Source of the DNA: an uncultured Chloroflexia bacterium
GTDB taxonomy: Bacteria; Chloroflexota; Dehalococcoidia; DSTF01; WHTK01
Direction: 5' to 3'
DNA: 64,000 nucleotides
NCBI GenBank assembly: GCA_963732945.1
Contig: CAVTBL010000017.1
Span: 257,944 to 321,943, forward strand
Below are positions 50,004 to 60,758 of the stretch, piece after piece. Made by a program: the position numbers and the translations under genes. The notes under the pieces are model-generated. The model did not search any database, had not been told where the DNA came from, and saw only the letters and a program-made list of their open reading frames with translations. How positions within the stretch are numbered: the stretch's first letter is position 1; the number at the start of each line of letters is the position of its first letter.

Positions 50004-51371
50004 CTACGCTAATAGCCAGACCGTTTTGATGTTGACGAACTCGCGGATGCCGAAGTCGGAGAGCTCACGGCCGTAGCCGCTGCGCTTGACGCCGCCGAAG
50101 GGCAGACGCGGGTCCGAGGCCACCATGCCGTTGATGAACACCGAGCCCGACTCGATGCGGCGAGCGAGGTGCTTGGCGCGGTCGATGTCGCGGCTCCAGA
50201 GGCTGGCGCCGAGGCCGAAACGAGAGTCGTTCGCGGTTTCGACCGCCTCATCGGCGTTCGAGACGCGGATCAGCGCCGCGGCGGGGCCAAAGGTCTCTTC
50301 GCTGAACACCGGCATGCCGGGCCTAACGCCGGCGATCAGGGTCGGCGCGTAGAAGTAGCCCTTGCGGTCGAGGCGTTTGCCGCCGGTGACGATGCGCGCG
50401 CCCTGCCTGACCGACGCCTCGACCTGCTCTGCCAGCGTATCGACGAGGTCGTTCTTGGCCAGCGGGCCGATACGCACCGAGCCGTCCGACGGGTCGCCGA
50501 CGCTGAGCTCCTCGATGCCGTTGCGGAAGCGCGCCTCGAACTCGTCGGCCACGGAGTCGACGACGATGAAGCGCTTGGCGGCGATGCAGCTCTGGCCGGC
50601 GTTCTGGAAGCGAGCATCGATCGCGACGCGGGCCGCGGCTTCGACGTCGGCGTCCTCCAGCACGATGTAGGGGTCGGAGCCGCCGAGCTCGAGCACCGTC
50701 TTCTTGAGGGCGCGGCCGCTGGCCTCGGCGACGCGTGAGCCTGCCTCCTCGCTACCCGTCAGCGTCACGGCCGCGATGCGCGCGTCCTCGACCAGCGCTA
50801 TTGCCTTGGCGCCGGGCACGAGCAGCGCCTGGAACGCCCCGTCCGGGAAACCTGCCTGCTTGAACACGTTCTCGATGGCGAAGGCGCACTGCGGCACGTT
50901 GGAGGCGTGCTTGAGGACGCCGACGTTGCCGGCCATGAGCGACGGCGCCGCAAAGCGGAACACCTGCCAGAGCGGGAAGTTCCACGGCATAATCGCGAGC
51001 ACCGGGCCGAGAGGGTCGAAGGCAACGTAGCTCTCGGTCGCGGCGCTCTGCTTCGGGATGTCGGCGAGGAAGGCCTCGGCGTTGTCGGCGAAGTAGTCGC
51101 AGCACCAGGCGCACTTCTCGACCTCGCCCTTCGACTGCGCCAGCGGCTTACCCATCTCGGTCGTTATCAGGCCGGCGAGGCGATCGACGTCACGTCGCAG
51201 CTCACGCGCGGCCGCGTGCATCAGCTCGGCGCGATGGGCGAATGAGGTCTCGCGCCAGGAACGAAACGTCTTCGTGCTCAGGTCGAGGGCGGCGTCGATC
51301 TGCGACGCGTTGTGCTCCTCGAAGCTCGCCATGACCTCTTCGGTCGCCGGGTTAATCGATTCGATTGCCAT
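50004..51371 (-). CDS. NAD(P)-dependent succinate-semialdehyde dehydrogenase family ALDH
   Basis: IMPWNFP, LELGGSD, NAGQSCIA, EETFGP, PFGGVKRSG. Confidence 0.92.
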   Translation of the reverse strand: MAIESINPATEEVMASFEEHNASQIDAALDLSTKTFRSWRETSFAHRAELMHAAARELRRDVDRLAGLITTEMGKPLAQSKGEVEKCAWCCDYFADNAEAFLADIPKQSAATESYVAFDPLGPVLAIMPWNFPLWQVFRFAAPSLMAGNVGVLKHASNVPQCAFAIENVFKQAGFPDGAFQALLVPGAKAIALVEDARIAAVTLTGSEEAGSRVAEASGRALKKTVLELGGSDPYIVLEDADVEAAARVAIDARFQNAGQSCIAAKRFIVVDSVADEFEARFRNGIEELSVGDPSDGSVRIGPLAKNDLVDTLAEQVEASVRQGARIVTGGKRLDRKGYFYAPTLIAGVRPGMPVFSEETFGPAAALIRVSNADEAVETANDSRFGLGASLWSRDIDRAKHLARRIESGSVFINGMVASDPRLPFGGVKRSGYGRELSDFGIREFVNIKTVWLLA

Positions 51372-51573
51372 GCTGCGTTACCCCCTTCCGTCTCTAGCTC
51401 AAGGGTACGGCTCAGGGAATGCGGCCGCGCACTCGGTGCGCTGCAAATCGCGTTTCAGTTCTCGGCCGCTAGGCTGGCGCCGTAGCGTCCTACCGACGCA
51501 GGAGACTCCGGTCGGACGGTCACCTCGAAGGCCGTCTGGAAGCTTCTCGCGTGGTCTGCCCACATACTAATGG

Positions 51574-52755
51574 CTAGGACCAGAGCACCTTCGAGGCCAT
51601 CTCGGCGCCGCGCGCGAGGGCTCGCAGCTTGGCCCAGGCGATGTCCGGATAGCAGCGGTTGCCTACACCGCAGTCGACGCCGGCGACGACGTTCTCGCGG
51701 CCCATGATGCGGGCGTAGCGGACGATGCGGTCCGCGACCAGCTCCGGCGGCTCGACGGTCGAGGTCTTGTGTGCGATGACGCCGGGGATGAACACCTTGC
51801 CGTCCGGCAGCTTCGTCGTCTCCCAGACCTGCCAATCGAGCTCGTGCTGCACATCGGCCGCCTCAATCGAGTAGGCCGCGGCCTTGACCTGCAACATTAT
51901 GTCGACTGTGTGGACGAGCGGCAGGTCGGTTACGTGAGGCGTGTGCCAGCTGCCCCAGCAGGTGTGGAAGCGCACTCGCTCCTCCGGGATGCCCTCGAGC
52001 GCCCAGTTTGTTGCCTCGATGCGCAGGGCGACGCGCTTGCGGTACTCCTCGACGGTCGGCTCCGGGCTGAGCATGGCCCAGGTGTCGACCAGGCCGGGGT
52101 CGTCGATCTGGAGGATGAACCCCGCGTCGGCGACCGCTTTGAAGTCGCCCTTCGCGACCTTCGCCAGCGCGTAAACGTACTCCTCGTCCGTCTTGTAGTA
52201 GTCGTTGAACACGAAGTGGTCGAGCCAGCCGGGGCCAAGCACAGGGAAGAAGTGGTCCTCGACGCGCCCGCCCGCCGCGGCGATGCCCGCCTTGACGAGC
52301 TCGATCTCGCGCTGGATGGCGCCGGAGCTGACCTCCTCGACCGGCCCGACGACGGCGTAGCGCGTGCTCGCGGGAGGGTTGACGACGCCCGGGCGCGGCG
52401 TGTTGCCGACGCGGTCGAAGACCTCGTAGAACCCCCGGAACTCGGGCGAAGTGCGCTCGCGTAGCTGGAACGTGAGGGACGGCGGCTGGCCGGGCTGCAA
52501 CGGCAGTTCTTTGATGCCGGTGACGCGGCTGTCGTAGAAGCGCTGGTCGCGTCCCTTCCAGAACTCGCCGTCGCTGAGGACGTCGATGCCTATGTCGCGC
52601 TGCTTCTTGATCATCTCGACGATGCCGGACGTAGCCTCCTTGCGGAAGGCGGTCTCGTCGCCGCTGTTGCGCGCCGCCTGCACGGCAGCCTGGTTCGTTG
52701 GGTTCGGGAGCCTGCCGGGGTGCGTGGTGATGATCCGGTCCGTACTGCGCTGCAT
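51574..52755 (-). CDS. Cobalamin-independent methionine synthase II-like (single-barrel MetE family) protein
   Basis: LSDGEF, LQIDDP, HTCWG (HxC), DCG, AWAKL. Confidence 0.88.
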   Translation of the reverse strand: MQRSTDRIITTHPGRLPNPTNQAAVQAARNSGDETAFRKEATSGIVEMIKKQRDIGIDVLSDGEFWKGRDQRFYDSRVTGIKELPLQPGQPPSLTFQLRERTSPEFRGFYEVFDRVGNTPRPGVVNPPASTRYAVVGPVEEVSSGAIQREIELVKAGIAAAGGRVEDHFFPVLGPGWLDHFVFNDYYKTDEEYVYALAKVAKGDFKAVADAGFILQIDDPGLVDTWAMLSPEPTVEEYRKRVALRIEATNWALEGIPEERVRFHTCWGSWHTPHVTDLPLVHTVDIMLQVKAAAYSIEAADVQHELDWQVWETTKLPDGKVFIPGVIAHKTSTVEPPELVADRIVRYARIMGRENVVAGVDCGVGNRCYPDIAWAKLRALARGAEMASKVLWS

Positions 52756-52957
52756 GGTCGATTGCCCTTTCCATTGGCATGGCGGCGGACTGCACGATTA
52801 CCTGTCGAAAGTCGCGCGTCGAACGTAACCGTCCGACAGCCGCCAACAGAGCGTTCTGCTTGATGCTCTGTGCCATCGATATTCGCATCGAGTGGCGCCA
52901 GCAAGCTAGACCCGGGGACGGGTCGTGTCAACGGTTCGGGCGCCCTGGGACGAAACG

Positions 52958-53731
52958 TCAGGTCAGCAGACGGCCGCCATCGACGACGAACACGGCGCCG
53001 GTGCAGTAGGCGCTGAGCGGCGTCGCCAGCACGAGCGCCATCGTGGCGATGTCGTCCGGCTCGCCCCAGCGGGCCAGCGGCACGCGCTTGACGAACTCCT
53101 GCGTCACTTCGTCGGGCACGTTGCCCTGGCCGCCGGTCGCGCCCTCGGTGAGGATGCCACCGGGGGCGATCATGTTGACGCGGATGCCCAGCGGTGCGAC
53201 CTCCCAGGCGAAGTTGCGCGTGAACATGAGCACGCCGCCCTTGGACGCGTCGTAAGCAGCGAGGCCGACGCTCGACGGATGCAGCGAGTCGATGGAGCCG
53301 ATGTTGACGATGATGCCGCCGCCGCCGCGGGCCTTCGCCGCGTTGGCGAACTCGCGGCTGAGCAGGAAGAGGCCGCGCAGGTTGATCCCCTGTACGCGGT
53401 CCCATTCGGCCGCGGTCATCTCGAGCGCCGGCTTGAACGGGTAGATACCGGCGTTGTTGACCAGGACGTCGACGCTGCCGCGCAACTCGGTCGCGCGACG
53501 CATGAGCTGCTGCACGTCGGCCTCGGACGACATGTCGGTGCGCACGAAGTCGCCGCCGAGCTCGCCCGCGACCTTCGTCCCGACCGCTTCGTCGACGTCG
53601 GCGACGATGACGTGGGCACCGGCCTCGGCGAAGCGAATCGCGATGCCGTGGCCGATGCCCTTGGCGCCGCCGGTCACAATCGCGGTCTTGCCGTCGAGCT
53701 TGAGGATGTCGCTGAGGGGTACGTTTGCCAC
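52958..53731 (-). CDS. Short-chain dehydrogenase/reductase
   Basis: TGGAKGIG, NNAG, YDASK. Confidence 0.93.
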   Translation of the reverse strand: MANVPLSDILKLDGKTAIVTGGAKGIGHGIAIRFAEAGAHVIVADVDEAVGTKVAGELGGDFVRTDMSSEADVQQLMRRATELRGSVDVLVNNAGIYPFKPALEMTAAEWDRVQGINLRGLFLLSREFANAAKARGGGGIIVNIGSIDSLHPSSVGLAAYDASKGGVLMFTRNFAWEVAPLGIRVNMIAPGGILTEGATGGQGNVPDEVTQEFVKRVPLARWGEPDDIATMALVLATPLSAYCTGAVFVVDGGRLLT

Positions 53732-53949
53732 CTGAAAGCCTCCGTCACGGGCCGGCGCGACTCCAGCACCGCCACCGTGGCGGGCGAGTCGCGTCGCCTG
53801 TTTTCATTGTCGGGACGCCAAACGAGGGCACCAAGGGCCGTCCGGAGCGCTCGCCGAGCGCCGAACGGCCCGTAAGCAGCATCCTAGGGAGCGGCGCAAA
53901 GTGCTACGATCGCGGCCCGCAGAGCGATAGCACATCAGGAGGCGTCAGC

Positions 53950-55001
53950 ATGCAGCGACCATCTCACGTCTACGTAGGCGCCGCGCGCGCCGGTTCGCGG
54001 TTCCAGGGCGGCATCTTCCGCCGAGGCGTCGAAGGGGGCGAGTGGCAGCAGCTGACGCAGGGCCTGCCGGACGAGACGCAGGTGCAGGCGATAACGCCGC
54101 ATCCCACAGAGCCCGGCGTGCTGTACATCGGCACGCACACCGGCGTTTACCGCAGCGACGACGCCGGCGATAGCTGGCGCCATCTGCCGCTGCCGGACGC
54201 CAACGTGCAGGTCTGGGCCGATCGCGTTCGACCCGAGCAACGCCAACGTGGTCTACGCCGGCACGCAGCCTACGGGCATGTTCCGCAGCGAGGACGCGGG
54301 CGAGACCTGGCAGCGTCTGCCTGTGCCGCAGCAGCCGGCGCGCGTAACGATGGACTTCCCGACGCGGGTGATGCGCATCGCCGTCGATCCCGGCGGACTC
54401 GGAGGCGATCTACGCGACGCTGGAGGTCGGCGGCGTGATCCGCAGCCTCGACGGCGGCCAGACCTGGGACGACTGCAGCAGCGACCTGATCGACCTCGCG
54501 AGCCTGCCGCACCTCAAGAGCCGTATCGGCAGCGACACCGAGATCGAGGGCATGATGGACGGCCACGCGCTGTGCGTCAGCGCCGCGAGCCCCGGCGCGG
54601 TGTACCTGGCGGTGCGCATGGGGCTGTTCCGCAGCACAGACCGCGCCGGCCACTGGCAGGACATGGAGGTCGGGCGCTTCTCACCCCTGACCTACGCCCG
54701 CGACGTGCGCGTTTCGCCGCAGGACCCCAGCGTGCTCTACGCCTGCCTCAGCCCGGCGGCGCGCAGCCAGGACGGCTCGCTGTATCGCAGCGACGACCTC
54801 GGCAAGACGTGGTCGCGCTTCGACCGCGGCATCAAGGCGGAGGCGACGATGATGGCGGTGTCGCTGAGCCGCGAGGACGCGGACGTGGTGCACTGCGTCA
54901 GCCGCAGCGGCCAGGTGTTCACGACCGTGGACGGCGGCAAGACCTGGAGCGAAGACCGCCTGCCCGACAACGTCAGAGACATCTACGCCGTCGCCAACTA
55001 G
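53950..55001 (+). CDS. BNR/Asp-box beta-propeller protein, two apparent frameshifts (~54218, ~54400)
   Basis: Repeated S.D.G.[ST]W Asp-boxes spread over three consecutive frames; AGGAGG RBS. Confidence 0.8.
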
Positions 55002-55098
55002 CCCACTCGCGTGGGGGCGTCCTGCGCACGAGCATGATCAGCCGCCGGCAAGTCGAGGTGACCGGCCGACGGCTGCACGTCGAATCTCGAGTGGTGGT

Positions 55099-56034
55099 TT
55101 AGCTCAGTCTCGGCAGGACTAGCCTGGCGACGCGCTCCTGCTGCTGCGGCGTGTCGAAGGTGAGGCGCAGGTAGTTGGCGCCACCGGCCTCGATCTCCTT
55201 GACGCGCGCCAGGCAGTCGTCCGGTGTACCGACGATCTCGCGCGCGATGAACGCGTCGAGGTCGGGCGACGCGCCGCCGACGCCGACCGGGTTGCTCTCG
55301 AACGACGCCTTGGCCTCGCCGACGGCGGTGTCGCGGTCCGCGGCGACGAACATCCTGATCTGGCGCACGATGGTCATCGGGCGCTTCGGCCAGTCGGGCT
55401 GAGCCAGCACGTTGGCGAGACGGTCCTCGCTGCCGCGCGTGAGCATGACCCAGCCGTCGGCCAGGTCCTTGACCAGCTGCACCGTGGCGTCGGACTCGCC
55501 ACCGACCCAGATCGGCGGGTACGGCTTCTGATACGGCGCCGGCGCAAAGGCGAGGTCGTGGGTCTGAACGTACGTACCGTCGAAGCTCACGGTCTCGGGC
55601 GCCGGGTGGGTCCACAGCTCCTTGAGCAGCATGACGACCTCACGGTTGTGGGCGACGCGGCCGTCGTGGTCCTCGACGATCGGGATGTTGTAGGCCTTGT
55701 GCTCGCCGGGCGCTGAGCCGGAGCCGAGGGTGCAGATCACGCGGCCCTTCGTGACCTGATCGAGGGTCGAGAGCACCTTGGCGAGCATCGCCGGGTAGCG
55801 GAAGTTGACGTTGAGCATGCTCCAGGCCAGACGCACCCGCGAAGTGCGCGCACCGAGCGCGATCATCAGGGTCAGCGAGTCGAGCGGCTGGTCGGGGCGG
55901 GCAGCCTCGCCGTGGGCCATGATGTGGTCGCCGAGCCAGATCGAGTCGTAGCCCTGCTCATCGGCGAGCCTCGCCTCTTCGAAAACGGCATCGACGCCCT
56001 GCTCCGGGTGCAGCAGCAATCCAACCTTGACCAC
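55099..56034 (-). CDS. LLM-class flavin-dependent oxidoreductase
   Basis: GYDSIWLGDH, RYPAMLAK..LD, PYQKPYPPIWVGG, ADGW. Confidence 0.9.
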   Translation of the reverse strand: MVKVGLLLHPEQGVDAVFEEARLADEQGYDSIWLGDHIMAHGEAARPDQPLDSLTLMIALGARTSRVRLAWSMLNVNFRYPAMLAKVLSTLDQVTKGRVICTLGSGSAPGEHKAYNIPIVEDHDGRVAHNREVVMLLKELWTHPAPETVSFDGTYVQTHDLAFAPAPYQKPYPPIWVGGESDATVQLVKDLADGWVMLTRGSEDRLANVLAQPDWPKRPMTIVRQIRMFVAADRDTAVGEAKASFESNPVGVGGASPDLDAFIAREIVGTPDDCLARVKEIEAGGANYLRLTFDTPQQQERVARLVLPRLS

Positions 56035-56096
56035 GTTACGCCTCCCAGTAATTCAGATTCGTCCCGAGTCTACAACTTCGCCGCCGGCTACAACTG

Positions 56097-57089
56097 CTAC
56101 GTATCGAGCGTCTCCGGCGCGAACAGCTGCTCGTAGGTCATGCGCTCCTTCGTCAGGCCCTGCTCCAGGTTGAAGTCGAGGAACCAGTCGATCGTGTTGC
56201 GGTTCGCCTTGATGCCCATCGGGTACATGTCGCCCATCTCGGCGAGCTGGTCGCGCATCGTCTCGCGCTGGTGCAGCAGCATCGAGTTACCGGTGGCGTC
56301 GCCGAGCATGTCGTCGATCGCCATGTCCTTCGAGCGCTCGAAGGCGTCGTAGATGCTGCGCGCGAGGCCGGGGTTGGCGCGCGCCAGCTTGCCGCCCATG
56401 ACGATGATGTGGGTCGGCGTCAGCACCTGGTGCTCGAGCCAGAGGCGCTTCGTGAGCTGCATGTAGTCCGGAAAGAGGCGTTTGACGTTGGCGTCCGACT
56501 CCAGCGCCGCCCACGATTTCGAGTCCGTGATGTCGCCGGTCGAGCCGTCGACCTCGCCGTCCATGAGGCGCTGCACCGGGCTCTTCGCGGGGCCGGAGGC
56601 GTACTCGATCTGGGCATCGATGCCGCGATAGATCGGGAAGCGTCCGGGCGCGGCCGAGAGCCAGCGCAGCTTCGTGATGTCGACGCCGTAGAAGCGACTC
56701 AGCAGCCCGCGGCTGTAGGTCGAGATCGAGCTGGCGTAGCCGACCGTCGCGATCGTCTTGCCCTCGAGGTCCTTCGGCGTTTCGATGCCGCGGTCGGCGC
56801 GCACCCAGAGAAAGTTGTAGACGGGCTTGCGCTTGTTGAACACCGGCAGGCAGACCATGTCCCAGCCGGCCTCGATCGCCGGCAGCACGTCGCCAACGTT
56901 GGTGTCGAGCAGGCCGAAGTCGCCGTTCTGGAACTTCGGGTTGTCGAAGTAGCCGGCGCGCTCAGTGGCGCCGGAGGGCTTCAGCGTCACGCCCTCGATC
57001 TGCACGCGACCCTGGAGCAGCGGCAGCATGAGGTCGTAGCGGTGGTTGGGCAGCGCCGCCTGCGCATCGATGGTTAGCTCAAGCGCCAT
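56097..57089 (-). CDS. 4,5-dihydroxyphthalate decarboxylase-like protein (periplasmic-binding fold, no signal peptide)
   Basis: PLLQGRVQIEG, LPVF, GIETPKDLEGK, RGLL..YGVD, RLFPDY, PMGIKANR, EQLFAP. Confidence 0.7.
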   Translation of the reverse strand: MALELTIDAQAALPNHRYDLMLPLLQGRVQIEGVTLKPSGATERAGYFDNPKFQNGDFGLLDTNVGDVLPAIEAGWDMVCLPVFNKRKPVYNFLWVRADRGIETPKDLEGKTIATVGYASSISTYSRGLLSRFYGVDITKLRWLSAAPGRFPIYRGIDAQIEYASGPAKSPVQRLMDGEVDGSTGDITDSKSWAALESDANVKRLFPDYMQLTKRLWLEHQVLTPTHIIVMGGKLARANPGLARSIYDAFERSKDMAIDDMLGDATGNSMLLHQRETMRDQLAEMGDMYPMGIKANRNTIDWFLDFNLEQGLTKERMTYEQLFAPETLDT

Positions 57090-57144
57090 GACTTCCTCCT
57101 CGGGTACTGAGTTCAGAGTGCAGAGTGCAAAACACCTCGGCCTG

Positions 57145-58059
57145 CTAGTGGCTTATCACTTCCGCAAGGGCTTCGAGCTGCTCTTCGTAGCGCGTGATCG
57201 GGTTGAGCAGCAGGTGCGTCGCGCCGAGGGCGTGCATCTCCTCGATGTACTCGCGCGCCTGCCCTGGAGTGCCGTAAAAGCCGTTCGTCTCGAGCATCGC
57301 CGGGTTGTGATAGACGTCGGTGAACCAGCGCAGCGCCTCGGTTTTTGCCTTCAAGGCGTCCTCGTGCACCGACATGAAGACCCGCTTCGAGATCGGGAAT
57401 GTATCGGGGTCGCGTCCCGCCCTCGCGAGCGCCTCGTGGAGCATCGGTACGGCCTCGGCCATGATCGCCTTGCCGGCGCCGCCTGCGGCCATCCAGCCGT
57501 CGGCGACCCTCGCGGCGCGACGAATCGCGTCCGGGTGCGAGCCGCCGAGCCAGATCGGCGGGTGCGGCTGCTGCACCGGACGAATCGCCATACCGTGCTC
57601 GACGTCGAAGAAGCGTCCGTGGAAGCTGGGATGCGGCTGCGTCCACAGCGCCTTGATTATCTCGATGCCCTCGACGAAGCGGCTGACGCGGTGCTCGACC
57701 GGCACACCAAACGCCTCGTAGTGCGTGGGCCTACCGAGGCCGACGCCGAGGATGGCGCGGCCGCCGCTGACGTAGTCGAGCGTCGCCCACTGGTGCGCAA
57801 CCTGCACCGGGCTGTGCTGCGGCAGCACGACGACGGAGGCGCCGAGCCGGATGCGCGTCGTGAGCGCCGCGGCGTAGGTGAGCACCACGGTCGCGTCGAG
57901 CGAGAACGAGTCGTCCAGGGTGTTTTCGGTGACCCAGAGGTCGTCGAAGCCGAGGGCATCGGCGCGCTGAGCCACCTTGCGCACGCTGGCCATGTCGATC
58001 GGCTCCCACGACCGGCACGGCAGCACGTAACCGAAGCGCATCTCCTGGCTCAGCGTCAT
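57145..58059 (-). CDS. LLM-class flavin-dependent oxidoreductase
   Basis: GFDDLWV, ATLDYVSGGR, PVQQPHPPIWLGG, ADGW. Confidence 0.9.
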   Translation of the reverse strand: MTLSQEMRFGYVLPCRSWEPIDMASVRKVAQRADALGFDDLWVTENTLDDSFSLDATVVLTYAAALTTRIRLGASVVVLPQHSPVQVAHQWATLDYVSGGRAILGVGLGRPTHYEAFGVPVEHRVSRFVEGIEIIKALWTQPHPSFHGRFFDVEHGMAIRPVQQPHPPIWLGGSHPDAIRRAARVADGWMAAGGAGKAIMAEAVPMLHEALARAGRDPDTFPISKRVFMSVHEDALKAKTEALRWFTDVYHNPAMLETNGFYGTPGQAREYIEEMHALGATHLLLNPITRYEEQLEALAEVISH

Positions 58060-58239
58060 CGTCTTCTCCCTGGCTCTACGGACTCCTGTTTGACCAGACG
58101 CAGTCTAGATCAGCGACGAGGACAAAGACTCGGCGAATGACCGAAAACGAACCCGTAGTGAAGGCCATGCAGACTAAGCGAGCGCGACCGCACACTGCGA
58201 TCTCTAGTTCAAAAGCCGTAGTCTCTGGCGCCAGCCCGA

Positions 58240-59631
58240 TCAAAAAGAATAGGAGTGGGCGCGCTCGGAGCGCACGAGGCCAATCGATACCGCCATCAGC
58301 GCCGCCGTGAGCAGCAGCGTCAACAGCACCGCGTACTCGAAGCCCTGGAGCGATACGTTCGCCTTGTTGGCCACGAGGCTGCCGCCGATCACCAGCACGC
58401 CGAACAGGTTGCCGAGGTAGCGCATCATCGAGTTGAGGCCGGCCGCGGCGCCGCTCTTCTCCTCGCCCAGCGTTTCGAGCGCCAGGGACGAGGCCGCCGG
58501 CACGCCCATACCGATGCCGCAGCCGAGCAGCACGAGCGCCAGCCCGAACCAGACGATCGATGCGTCCCAGTGGGCTGCCAGGAAGACGCCGATGAGGCCC
58601 GCGAGCTGCAGAGTCGCGCCGCTGATCATGGGGCGCGTGCGGCCGATGCGGTCCGACATGCGCCCGCTGGCCGGCGACAGGAACACGACGATCAGCGACA
58701 TGACGCCGATCAGCGCGCCGGCCGCCTGCAGCGAGTAGCCCTCGACGTCGACGAACAGGGCCGGGATGCCGAGCAACACGACGTAGATCACTGCGTTGCT
58801 GACGAAGCCGTAGGACGCGGCGACCAGGAAACGCGGCGACTGCAGCGGCGTCGGATCGATCAGCGGGTGGGAGTCGCCGCTCTCGCTCATGTAGAACAGC
58901 ACGATCGCTGCAGCCAGCGGTACGAGACCGACGATGGCGTAGACGATCGAGAGGTTGGTCGCGAGGCCCTCGACCAGCAGCGACGCCGCCAGCACGACGG
59001 ACACGAGCAGAGCCACGGTCTGCCATGACAGGCTCTCGAGGTCGTCGCGGGCCGGCACCGATTCGCGAAAGCGTAACGACAGCAGCAGGCTGATCGCCGC
59101 CACCGGAATCGTGCTGACGAAGATCCAGCGCCACGAGGCGGCGGCGAGGATCGCGGGCGCCACTGCCGGACCGATGGCCGCCGACAGCGCGATCAGAGCA
59201 CCGGTGATGCCGAGGTAGGCGCCGAGCTTCTTGGGCGGCGCGCCGTTGCGGATCAACGCCATGCCGTTAGGGATGACCAGCGCCGCCGCGCAGGCCTGCC
59301 CGACGCGCGCCAGCAGCAGCAGCTCGAAGCCTGAGACCAGCGCCGCCGCGGCCGACGCCGCCATGAATAGCACGAGACCGAGCCGGAAGCTGGCAGCATG
59401 CCCGACGCGATCGCCGATGCGGCCGCAGACCGGCTGCGCGATCGCCATGATCGCGAGGTAGACGCCGATCAGCCAGGCGACGGACGAGTAGGAGAGGGAG
59501 AGGTCGGAGCGAATATCCGGCAGCGCCAGCGCGATCATGGTGGCGTTGAGGGGGACGAGGACGATACCGAGGCTGGTGATCAGGAGCATTCGAGCAGCCC
59601 CGCCGGCTTCGATGCTTCTACCACCCATCAT
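58240..59631 (-). CDS. MFS transporter (DHA2/EmrB-like)
   Basis: NATMIALALP, GRIGDRVG, GRMSDRIG; many hydrophobic segments. Confidence 0.9.
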   Translation of the reverse strand: MMGGRSIEAGGAARMLLITSLGIVLVPLNATMIALALPDIRSDLSLSYSSVAWLIGVYLAIMAIAQPVCGRIGDRVGHAASFRLGLVLFMAASAAAALVSGFELLLLARVGQACAAALVIPNGMALIRNGAPPKKLGAYLGITGALIALSAAIGPAVAPAILAAASWRWIFVSTIPVAAISLLLSLRFRESVPARDDLESLSWQTVALLVSVVLAASLLVEGLATNLSIVYAIVGLVPLAAAIVLFYMSESGDSHPLIDPTPLQSPRFLVAASYGFVSNAVIYVVLLGIPALFVDVEGYSLQAAGALIGVMSLIVVFLSPASGRMSDRIGRTRPMISGATLQLAGLIGVFLAAHWDASIVWFGLALVLLGCGIGMGVPAASSLALETLGEEKSGAAAGLNSMMRYLGNLFGVLVIGGSLVANKANVSLQGFEYAVLLTLLLTAALMAVSIGLVRSERAHSYSF

Positions 59632-59951
59632 GCGCCCACGCCTCCAGGATTAGTGTCAGATGTGCCCGTAATTCGGTTCCGGAATAGAGCTGCGGGGTAG
59701 CTACTCGTCTATTCTGGGGCCTTTCTATGTTAGCCCCTGACGCCTATTCGTCACAGTCGCCGCAGAATCGCTTCCCGCGTGCAGGATAAAGGAAGCGTTA
59801 CAGAATCACGGTTTCGCCGCTTATTGCTGGTCGAGACACGATCGCTCAGGCGAATGCGATTACCGCTTTCGTTCCGTAGCCGGACTATCAGCCGGTTAAC
59901 AACGGCTCATTACCAATCGAGTTTCGAGCGCCTTCGAGCCGTAACGAAGCG

Positions 59952-60758
59952 CTAGGCGGTGCGGCGATACATCCACACGGCGAGCGGCGCGCACACGGCG
60001 ACGATGAGGAACGACCAGCCCAGCGACTGCAGCAGGTTCGACTGCACGGGGCCGCCGAGCATGAGGGCGCGCACGGCAGACGCGGTGACCGAGACGGGCT
60101 GATGGTTGGCGAAGGGCTGCAACCAGCCCGGCATCGAAGCGACCGGCACGAAGGCCGACGACGCGAACACCAGCGGCGCCATGATCGGGAACGCGGCCGC
60201 CTGCGCACTCTCCGGCTCGCGAACCGCGAGACCAATCGTCACGAACACCCAGGACAGCACGTAGCAGAACAGCACGACCAGGGCGAGTCCCGCAATGACA
60301 TCGACAACGTTGGTGTGCACCCGGAAGCCAACGATGTAGCCGACCAGCAGCATGAGCAGGACGACGAAGGTGCTGCGCACGAGGTCGGCGGTGGTCCGGC
60401 CGGCGAGCACCGCAGCGCGCGACATCGGCAGCGATCGGAAGCGCTCGAGCAGGCCGCTCTGCACGTCGGTCGCGATGCCGACGGCGGAAGCGATGGCGCC
60501 GAAGGTCACGGTCTGCACGAAAACGCCGGGCATCAGGTAGTCGACGTAGGAGCCGTTGGGCACCTTGATGGCGCCACCGAACACGTAACGGAACATCAGC
60601 ACGAAGATCACGGGCTGGATGAACGTGAACACTAGTAGCTGAGGCACGCGACGGATCGCGATCAGGTTGCGCTGCGTCATGGCCAGCGTGTCAAGGACAC
60701 CCTTGATCAGCGCCGGCTTCTCGTGAAAAACGGCATCGGCCGCGAATTGGTTGCTCAA
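59952..60758 (-). CDS. ABC-2 type permease (DrrB-like)
   Basis: RVPQLLVF..QP, GLLERFRSLP, SSAFVP..MPGWLQ; TTG start overlaps the ATPase stop. Confidence 0.92.
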   Translation of the reverse strand: MSNQFAADAVFHEKPALIKGVLDTLAMTQRNLIAIRRVPQLLVFTFIQPVIFVLMFRYVFGGAIKVPNGSYVDYLMPGVFVQTVTFGAIASAVGIATDVQSGLLERFRSLPMSRAAVLAGRTTADLVRSTFVVLLMLLVGYIVGFRVHTNVVDVIAGLALVVLFCYVLSWVFVTIGLAVREPESAQAAAFPIMAPLVFASSAFVPVASMPGWLQPFANHQPVSVTASAVRALMLGGPVQSNLLQSLGWSFLIVAVCAPLAVWMYRRTA

